DNA of 64,000 nucleotides, taken from Psammoneis japonica (taxonomy: Eukaryota). The DNA is taken from contig QPGO01000106.1 of NCBI GenBank assembly GCA_008632985.1, positions 186,001 to 250,000 on the forward strand, in the 5' to 3' direction. Positions 1-8,615 of this stretch are shown in pieces. The notes under the pieces are model-generated. The model searched no databases. It saw nothing but the letters and a program-made list of their open reading frames with translations, and was not told the DNA's origin. The position numbers and the translations under genes were made by a program. Numbering within the stretch: the stretch's first letter is position 1; each line of letters begins with the position of its first letter.

Positions 1-852
1 TGCACAAATGCTGCTGCCCTCATCCGGAATGTCTTCAAGGACTTGGGCATAACTGTCCAACACCATCTTGAGACGAGCCATGGTGGGTGCAAAGTGGACC
101 ACCGTACCTCCAAAGGTATTGGTGACATCAAAGAGCTTAAAGGTCCACTCGACCACAACTCCAAAGTTGCCACCACCGCCACGAAGAGCGCGCATCAAAT
201 CCGAGTACTTGTTATCGTCTGTAGCAACGACAATCTCTCCAGAAGGAAGAACTACCTTGGCAGAAAGGACAGTATCACAACTAAAGCCTGCTTGACCGCC
301 CAGATATCCGGCACCACCGGCAAGGGTCAATCCGGAGACGCCCGTATCTTCGTTGGTGCCCGTCATGAAGGAGTATCCCGTCCCTTTGAGAGCTTCATGG
401 GCAGCTTTAATTTTGGCACCACCTTCCACCGTCATGGTCTTGGCGTCCTTGTCGACCGAAACTTGGTTGAGCTTTTCCAAGTCCATAACAATCGAATTGT
501 CCACCATACAGTAATGAGAATGACACCCTCCGGCAATACAAAGAACATACTTGTCGGCATTTAATTTTCCAACCATCTTGATAACTTCCGCTACATCGTT
601 GACACTCTCCACGACAATAATGGCTCCGGGGTAGTTGGCATCGTTGAAAAAGAAGGTACGTTCACGTTGCATATGGTATGCCTCCTGCTGCTCAGAATCA
701 TTACCATCTGGCAAGAGCACTTTGCCCTGAATCTTTTTACCCAGAGCCATCAAATCATCATGAATGGGTGCTACGTGTTGGCTTGCAGCCTCAACACGGG
801 AATCATCGCGGGGCTTGACAGCCGGCGGAGCTTTGGAGAAGATGCTTCCCAT
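1..852 (-). CDS. FAD-binding PCMH-type (BBE/6-HDNO-like) oxidoreductase, 5' part; runs off the window start
   Basis: Not in the ORF track. Manual translation from ATG at 852 is open to base 1: MGSIFSK...PGAIIVVESVNDV...IAGGCHS (flavinylation His motif)...TGVSGLTLAGGAGYL...DLMRALRGGGGNFGVVVEWTFKL. The MGxxxSK start resembles an N-myristoylation signal. Confidence 0.9.
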   Translation of the reverse strand, partial: MGSIFSKAPPAVKPRDDSRVEAASQHVAPIHDDLMALGKKIQGKVLLPDGNDSEQQEAYHMQRERTFFFNDANYPGAIIVVESVNDVAEVIKMVGKLNADKYVLCIAGGCHSHYCMVDNSIVMDLEKLNQVSVDKDAKTMTVEGGAKIKAAHEALKGTGYSFMTGTNEDTGVSGLTLAGGAGYLGGQAGFSCDTVLSAKVVLPSGEIVVATDDNKYSDLMRALRGGGGNFGVVVEWTFKLFDVTNTFGGTVVHFAPTMARLKMVLDSYAQVLEDIPDEGSSICA

Positions 853-1299
853 GGCGGTGTATTATCTCTGCGAAAATACTTCACAGCAAAAAATGAGCTT
901 CACGTTTCGTCGTCCGTGACGCTTTTTGGCATTTTCTGATTTTTTCGATTTTTCTCTTTTTTTCGAAGCAATCAGCGCGGCGACCTCGTGGTAGTCCCAT
1001 CTAGAGTAACTTAGCCACTTATGATTTCGTAAGGGCTACTTTTAGCCCGTTGGGGTGCTTGTGGCTACTCTCTAGCTATGCTATTCTTTGTAACCTTCAA
1101 TCACTCAGCTCATCTATCAGGCTCTCTCCCCATCATAGTGAGAAGAATTTTGTACAGCAAGCTGTGTGGTGTCTTTGTAAATGTCCGAGGTTAACCTTTG
1201 CAACCTCAAAGATTCTCGTCGAATGCATCTGACATCTATGTTTATGCGAATAGTTCTAGACAATTGACTTGGTCCCTCGCACACTCAATACATATTATC

Positions 1300-1990
1300 T
1301 CAACGTACTTTCTCCAGGGAGAACTCTAGTGTCCAGGCTTCCAACGTTTGTATTTCAAATTTCAATGGCAAGCATGCGTTATCAAATGTTGTGGACGGAT
1401 TCGATGAGCCGTGTGATAGACAATTCGATATCACCAAGCCCCGATTCAATCCCAAAATCAGGTCGCTATCGTTGTCTTGTAAATATTGCACGCAGTGATT
1501 CTGTCCCGTCCAGTGAAAGACTTGAACTCCATTGTATCGTTGACTCGCCACAGCAGTGCTTCTCCACTTCCAAAATACGACTTTCCATTGGGACGCCATG
1601 GTGAGCTAGTAAAGGAGCCGAATATTTCGCCCGAGGTTGTTTCAATCACAAGGAGCGTTTTGGGAGACGATTGGATGTTTGATACGAGTGACCCGAGTAG
1701 ACGAGCCCTGCGACAATAACATGAAAAAAGAGCATTAGCAAAAGACAGAATTACAACATGTAAAGATGCACAGCTCGCATCATTGTACTCACATCCCGTG
1801 CCGTTGTGTGTTTGAGAAAAAAATTGTCGGCTTGCACCGAAAAGGGAAGGTGCGGACGTATTGATTCCATGAGCTGTGGTGTCAAGACATCGTGATGTTG
1901 TTCAGTAGTGCTCAGCACCGCCAAGTCATTTTCAGCAGAATAAACATCTGGAGATAGAATGCTTTCGGACGCAATCATCGTCATGGCAAG
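1300..1990 (-). pseudogene. TLDc-domain (OXR1/NCOA7-like) gene, frameshifted
   Basis: TLDc motifs are spread over three frames: LTPQLMESIRPHLP...FFLKHTTARD; LLVIETTSGEIFGSFTSSPW...YFGSGEALLWR; VFHWTGQN...GSSNPSTTFDNACL. There is a probable GTGAGT..CAG intron at about 1708-1792, and at least two frameshifts. Confidence 0.7.
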
Positions 1991-2499
1991 AGTCTTTTTC
2001 AGTCGCAAAACAACGCTTTCTTAGTGTGCGGGTCATTGACAACCACAACAAATTTGTCTTGATCCTCATTCTGGTCGTTAACGGGACTCATGTTCGCGGA
2101 ACATACATGCGTACGGGACTCAAATTAGAATCAGCACATCCGCCTATTCCATATTACCGTTTGATCTTTTTCAACAAGCAGCACACAAAAAACACAATGG
2201 CGTCGTCACATCCGTTGAGTGCTGTACAGTGACTTTTGATAGTGACTCCTTGAAAGCAGGGTCCTGCTCTTCATCTGTTATGTTTGCACATGCCCCATCA
2301 CCACATGGCCTTGCTTTTTCCCCAATGTGTGGTTTGTGAGAGCACCGTCACATCTCACAAGCACAGCGCACCTTGCACCCGGAGTTTCACAGGCTGCCGG
2401 CACACGAGAGCTGGCTGGAGCACACAACTTCCAGTCATTCTGAAAAGCAACAACAATGAGAAGCATGAGCCTTGACATCCCCACTCATCCACCACCATC

Positions 2500-3076
2500 T
2501 GACGGTTCTGAAGTCAGAGAATTGCTTCTGAGGAACATCCCGAAATGAAGCAGAAGGCTTGCGACGGAAACGCATTGAGAGCTTTCGCCCTGCTGTCGAT
2601 TCGCTCTGTGCAGGATCAACTCTGGTGCCCAAGGAAGGAAACAATGGGCCCAGACAACCGCACTGGGCTGTTTGCAAGATTTTCTTCAGCAACGAAGAAA
2701 GCGCAAAGAAGAGAGTCACCTGCACCCTGCGCCAAGCGTTTGGTCAGTCAGGCAGAAGATTCGTGTTTGAGCTTCTGCTGTTGCCCAGGACAATTGCAGT
2801 GTCTCAAAGCAGGAGAACAATGTGCTTTGACTGGAACACTTGCCCAAACTGAAGCAAGAAAGGGAAACCACCAGACTGGATCTGAGGCTGTTGAACGCAG
2901 GGGTTCGCAAAATTTCTTTGGAGGAGAGCAACCTGTTTCCTCCAGCACTCAATTCTTTGCAGGCTGCAGTGCAGTTTCCACAGCTGTTGATGGACATTGC
3001 CATCAAACTCAAATTCACTGCGCAGACAAAAACCCAATGACCAAAGCACCCAAATGACAAAGTCCAGGTGTGGACA
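2500..3076 (+). repeat. Dispersed repeat family A, left part of a copy interrupted by the Copia element
   Basis: Aligns by eye with 26600-26985 and 31050-31600, e.g. gcattgagagcttt..gctgtcgatt..gcaggatcaa..ctgg and gagcttctgctgttgcccagga. Confidence 0.8.
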
Positions 3077-3352
3077 TGACAGGATTTGAACAGGATTCAG
3101 GTGCGCGCGAAGCATCGCGCGCTGTTTAGTTTACCGTGCACAGTTTTGTGTGCTTTAATTCCGCGCGTTCACGCGCGATGTAGTTTGCTTTCGAGCCACA
3201 AGGCTCACAAGAACAATGACAGCAGCCCGATCATGCCGACTTGCACGTCTTTCGGCTCCTGCAACGGTCTCTGAGCGGAGACTCATCTGCCATTTAGACA
3301 GCAGCAAGGAGTTGTTGTTTGAATTCTTGCCATTTGCCTTCATTTTCTATCA
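3077..3352 (+). repeat. 5' LTR of the Copia element
   Basis: tgacagga...ttctatca; 18 substitutions versus the 3' LTR, all transitions. Confidence 0.92.
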
Positions 3353-4308
3353 GATTAACAGTCTTGCTCATTGTCAACCCATTGAGCAACCGCCATCGTC
3401 GTCGTTGATTTACCAACGACGCTATTTCAATTCTACGTGGACCTCCGTATGTGTTCTACATACATCGGCAAGTCTACGCGCATCCAATGCCAGGGCATCG
3501 GCAGGAAGTTAACGTCACCGTCAAGTCTCCTTACCGCTGGATATCTGGTTTGATTATAACTGCCTTTGATCGCTGAAGACATACATTCAACGGTCACATC
3601 CAAGTCTATCCTTGATCCTCATCCCTTGATATACCCATTCATCGGTTAACGGTCAAGAACCCTGCATGTTCAAGGATCTTCGTCGCTGAAGACATGTGTG
3701 TGTATGCACATCTTCACGGCCAAGAACCTGTACCCACTCTTCGGACTGCGGTTTTGCCACCACTCTACAGGCACACCGAGTCCATTGTACCTGATCTACC
3801 CCGGACTGCTGGTGCTCTACAGTTCTGCTAAGTCCACGAGGACGACTGTGAGAGCAAGCAGCCGTGATTGCAGCCTGCGTTGGGGCGAGGGTGCTTTCCC
3901 ACGTTTGTTCGTTCGTCCACAGCGCCTGACGCCTGCGTCAACTGGCCAGCCTGATTGGGAAATCCAACCGACATAAAACAAGAACGGTTCGGGGGTCTTG
4001 TCCACCTCTAGTCAGCTCACCTGCAGGGGTTTACAACCCGCTGCTCCGCTTGCAAGCAACCCAAAGCGCCGCTGGCTGCGGGTTCGGACGTGCCGGCACA
4101 ACTCTGCGGACCGGATGGGAAGTTTAGCACTTGACAACGAACGGGATGGCACAACCCGGCGACTTCTGATTTTAAGATAGTCCAAGATTTCAAGTCAAGT
4201 CTAGCTCAAGTCAAGTCTTTTTCAAGCCAAGTTCCAAGTCAAAACTCCGAGTCAAGATCGCGCTCTAGATTGGATCTTGTCTTTTTTTTCTGCTGCACCG
4301 TCCTCCGT

Positions 4309-4801
4309 CATGGTTCTCACGCGACAGCAACAAACCGAAAGCTTCAAATGCATTCTAGGCACTGTGCTCAATCAAGACAATGACAGCCCTCTTCGTTCTG
4401 CCCTGTCCATCAACCGGATTGAATCGTGCGAGGAATTGTTCACGTTCTCACCCACCCAAATTGACGCCCTCACTTGCAGAGACGGCGCCAATGCAGTGCC
4501 TTTGCCACGGACCCACAGAAACCTCCTGGCAGCTTTGATCAGCTTCTACTTTGTCAAAGTTTGCAACGGTGATGATGTGACCAATGAACCCCAGTTGCTC
4601 ACACCCGAGGAATTTCACAACTGCCGCCTTGGTCCGGACCACTTGACTCCTCTAGCCACTGGCGCAGCACCCTCCGCACCTGTGCCGAGTCCCTTGCCAT
4701 CCAAACCAGGTGAACCCAGTGCCATTTTGACACCAGCCTTGCACTGTGCCACCACTCAGGTGTCCCCAGAAGTGGTGTCAGTCGCGCCCCGCATGTCTTG
4801 A
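4309..4801 (+). pseudogene. Copia gag-like N-terminal remnant
   Basis: MVLTRQQQTESFKCILGTVL..DSPLRSAL...IDALTC.. lies in the gag position after the 5' UTR and resembles diatom Copia gag starts (from memory). Tyr-poor. Confidence 0.55.
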
Positions 4802-5121
4802 CCAACCCGCCTGCAAGCAACCTCGGCCCAGTGCAGGATTGCAGCCCTTGCACAGACCCGCACTTCGAGACCAGTTGGGACACTCCACCCATGGCTTCCA
4901 AAGCTGCAGCCTTTGCACCCCGCAAACCACTTGCTGCCAACCTCCACGTGTCGACCGCTGTCACCCTTCACAGTCTTCGTTTGGGAAGTGATGGAGATGA
5001 CAACTTGCTTCTCGCATCTCCTGATGGGGAGCCTCCTTTTCCCGTCATTGAATCTGTTCACAACAGTTCAACCGGTTCATCAGATGGGGAGTTCAGGACA
5101 TCCAAGCAGCTTCGTTGTCTT

Positions 5122-6030
5122 CGGATCCTCCAAGCATCGCACCATGAGACCAGGCCTCCTGACCGGATGCTCCAAGTCTCGCACCTCGAGACCAGGCCTC
5201 CTGATTGGATGCCTCAAGTCTCGTGCCTCGAGACTGGGCCTCCTGATTGGATGCCTCAAGTCTCGTGCCTTGAGACCAGGCCTCCTGACCGGATGCTCCA
5301 AGTCTCGTACCTTGAGACCAGGCCTCCTGATTGGATGCCTCAAGTCTCGTACCTCGAGACTGGGCCTCCTGATTGGATGCCTCAAGTCTCGTGCCTTGAG
5401 ACCAGGCCTCCTGACTGGATGCTCCAAGTCTCGTACCTCGAGACCAGGCCTCCTGATTGGATGCCTCAAGTCTCGCACCTCGAGACCAGGCCTCCTGATT
5501 GGATGCCTCAAGTCTCGTGCCTCGAGACTGGGCCTCCTGGTTGGATCCCCCAAGTCTCGTACCTCGAGACCAAGCCTCCTGATTGGATGCCCCAAGTCTC
5601 GTACCTCGAGATCAGGTCTCCTGATTGGATGTCCCAAGTCTCGCACCTCGAGACTGGGCCTCCTGATTGGATGCCCCAAGTGTCGTACATCGAGACTGGG
5701 CCTCCTGATCGGATGCCCCAAGTCTCGTGCCTTGAGACCAGGCCTCCCAACTGGACTCTCCACGTCTCGTGCCTCAAGACCGGGCCTCCCAATTGGATCC
5801 TCCACATCTCATACCTCAAGACTCGGCCTCCGGATTGGATCCCTCAAGTCTTGCACCACGAGACTCGGCCTCCTGATTGGATCCCCCAAGTCTCGCACCT
5901 CAAGACTTGGCCTCCTGATTGGATCCCCGAAGACTCGTGTCACAAGACTGGCAAGTCCTTTTGGATCCCAGAAGTCTTGCAGCACGGGACTGGTTGCCCC
6001 AATCAGACATCTGCAGCCTTGCACCACAAG
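5122..6030 (+). repeat. 42-bp tandem array of about 20 units inside the Copia element
   Basis: Unit ctcgagac(ca/tg)ggcctcctgattggatgcctcaagtctcg(ta/ca/tg)c, translating as LETRPPDWMPQVS(Y/H/C). It degenerates toward the 3' end. Confidence 0.95.
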
Positions 6031-6629
6031 ATGTCTTGCTCCAATCCGATCCCCACCTTGAGACTCGTTTCTCCAATTGGATCAGTCTCTCAGGAGATGC
6101 AGCTGAGCTTGCAATCGGATTGGTGGAACACAAGACCACCGCTTGTGCCTTTGAACTCATGCTTGCTCTGTTCCCCGAGTCGTGCAAACACCATGCCACC
6201 CTGCACGAGCACTGCTCTGTTTTTCTAGCAGCAGCCCAGTGTGGCAACTGTCCCAAGAACCAACAGACGGACATCAGTCTTTATGACCTTCGCTCAGGAA
6301 GTGAAGGCGATGTCAACTTGTTTGCATTGTCCTGCAATGTTGCCCCGCCGTTCAACATTGTCAACCAGACCAAGCTTTGCTCCTTCCATTGCAAGTGCGG
6401 ATGTGGAATCCCACAAGATCCCAAGTGTGCCTTGAGCTTTGAAAAGCACAACGGCATCTGCAATTGGGGAGACGCAGCTCATCTCAAGATGACCCACTTG
6501 GAGAATGCAACGTTGCTCTTGGATCTTGATCCTTTCTTGTCTCCTCATGTTTTGGTGCTTTGACTCCAAAGTTCTTTAGTCAATCCGAAGTCGAATCTGT
6601 TTCTGTGACTCCTCAAGCAAACTGGGGAG

Positions 6630-6905
6630 TGACAGGATTTGAACAGGATTTGGGTGCGCGCGAAGTGTCGCGCGCTGTTTAGTTTGCCGTGCACAGTTTT
6701 GTGTGCTTCAATTCCGTGCGTTCACGCACGATGCAGTTTGCTTTCGAGCCACAAGGCTCACAAGAACAATGACAGTAGCCTGACCATGCCGACTCACACG
6801 TCTTTCGGCTCCTGTGACGGTCTCTGAGCGGAGACTCATCTGCCATTTAGACAGCAGCAAGGAGTCATTGTTTGAATTCTTGCCATTTGCCTTCATTTTC
6901 TATCA
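6630..6905 (+). repeat. 3' LTR of the Copia element
   Basis: Direct repeat of 3077-3352, followed by the TSD ggaca. Confidence 0.92.
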
Positions 6906-7345
6906 GGACACATGCTCGCGAGTGCTGGCGTGGTGTGCAATGTCCGCCACAGCTTTCAAACAAGTCTGTGCTCTTTCTTGAAAGCACTCATGAGGACCAA
7001 GCTTGAAACTTGATTCAGCAATCTGTTGGACACTGGCAGAGCATGCACCCTGTCATGAGCATGCCATGTCAGGAAACACCGAACATGGGCAAAAGTTTCT
7101 TGCTTGTGTTTGTCCATCTCCAAAAATGGCCAATGCTGTGGACAATGAGAAAACAGTTCTCAGTTGCAAGACAAGCTTGATCTTGTCGCAATGAAGAAAA
7201 CTTGGATGCAACAGTCGAGCCAGTGTTCCATCAATCAAAGAGATCTTGGCTCACTTGGTTTGAGCTCAAATGTTCCTCCCACCAACCCCATCGACTGATC
7301 CCGATGGGTCCAAGTCACTTTCAAAGAAGTTGACAATGCTCAGAA
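6906..7345 (+). repeat. Dispersed repeat family A, right part
   Basis: Continues the alignment with 31600-32050 (acagctttcaaa..ttgaaagcact..gaggaccaagc; gttctcag.tgcaagacaagcttgatct; aatgctcagaa). Confidence 0.8.
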
Positions 7346-7399
7346 CATCTGTCAGAAATCATTTTGTCCCCCACAGTCATGCAATGACAAACTCTGAGG

Positions 7400-7850
7400 A
7401 TGACAAGTTGACAAGGTGCCCGCGCACCGGCCATTTCATCTGCATGAACATGGCGTTGGTGGTGTGGTTTTCCAAGTGCCAAAGTTTGGTTGAAAGCTTG
7501 GTCTTTGAGGGCAAGTTCATGGCCATGAAACAAGGCATTGAGTTGTTGCATGGTCTGTGACATGAGTTGTGAATGATGGGTGTGCCGTCATCTGGTCCAC
7601 CCCACATCTGTGGGAACAATGTGCCATTCGTCCACAATGCGCAAAGTCCAGAGTCCACTTTGAAGAAGAAGTTGAACTCTGTTTGCCACCATGCCGTGAG
7701 GGAGTTTGTGGCAATGGGTGAGTCGCACACTGGGCATGTCTGCTTGGAATGCAATCTGGCAGATCTCACAAATGAGATCATGTGCAGTGGCATGAAGCGA
7801 GATGGACCAGTGCGGATGATCCTCCACAACATTTGTGAAGACTGGCAGTC
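7400..7850 (+). mobile_element. Degenerate Copia RNase H fragment from a second Copia element
   Basis: RTGHFICMNMALVVWFSKCQSLVES...MKQGIE..GL; MMGVP..GPPHICGNN..VHNAQSPESTLKKK.NSVCHHAVRE..AMGE..TGHV....NLADL matches the Ty1-type RNase HI consensus with Tyr changed to His/Cys. Confidence 0.85.
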
Positions 7851-8615
7851 TGTTGCACCCAGCTCTCTTTTCCCACAGGGGTTTGCTGCAGGTTGCCAGG
7901 GTTTCCTTGTCATGTTGAAGTGACCAAATGTGGCCGGAGAGCAAATTGGGTCAAGCCGGCTCGTTGCTCTTGTTTCATCGACTTTTGAGCGAGCTGAAGA
8001 GTTTGCAGTGTGTGCGATCGAACTTAATTTGTGTGCTTTGGCATTGGCGATGGAGCATCTGCAGTGGTCCCTCATGTTTGGTCTCACTTCTGGAAACAGC
8101 AGCACGATGATGCATCATTTCTTTTAGTCTTGTCCCCAGTGCAGTGCGCCATTGCCACATGCTGGCTTCTGCGCGATCAGCTGTCACTGCGGGCAGCACA
8201 CAGACGCAGGAAAGCCTCGCGCGCTGCCGGCATCTACGGTGCTGAGTCGCAGGGTTGCGTGCTGCAGTGGCCCAACGGGAGCCAGCCACAGCAGGCTCCT
8301 TGGTGATTGGGTCTGGAGCTCCCCAGCTCTGTAAAATAGACCTTTGCTATCAACCAAGTTTGAAGCTGCAGTTGGATGGTGCTGTTGAATGCGGCGGTGG
8401 CCGCGTTCAGGGTCCGTGACGGACCCTGAACGGTCCGTCACGCGTAACCATCAAGAATTTTTGGCTTTGTGGAGCCGGTTGTTACGCAATTTCTGCTGTT
8501 GCATGTCTGCTCAGAACACTGCTCCTTTGTAAATAATATTAACACAACATTATCATTACCAGGTCATCCACAAGGATGAGTTCTACAGAACAACAATGGC
8601 AACAACACCTTGGGG

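Larger units (their letters stand above)
3077..6905 (+). mobile_element. Non-autonomous, internally deleted Ty1/Copia LTR retrotransposon (about 3.8 kb)
   Basis: 276-bp direct LTRs at 3077-3352 and 6630-6905 (TG...CA). 5-bp TSD GGACA at 3072-3076 and 6906-6910. Purine-rich tract aaactggggag before the 3' LTR. Gag-like ORF at 4309-4801 and a pol linker remnant near 6390-6510 (CGIPQDPKCALSFEKHNG..WGDA..LKM). No RT or integrase core seen. Confidence 0.9.

Noticed and set aside
43..564. 173-aa plus-strand ORF
   Set aside because: Antisense shadow of the FAD oxidoreductase on the minus strand.
5122..6030. CRISPR-like array
   Set aside because: Head-to-tail 42-bp units without unique spacers, inside an LTR element in a eukaryotic genome, with no cas genes.
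3077..6905. ADAR-type RNA editing or RT hypermutation
   Set aside because: Both A->G and T->C occur on the same strand, and the two LTRs differ from each other, implying post-integration DNA changes.
2260..8330. Classical fungal RIP or CpG methylation decay as the sole explanation
   Set aside because: RIP enriches TpA, and CpG decay cannot remove TpA. Here TpA is lost more completely than CpG.
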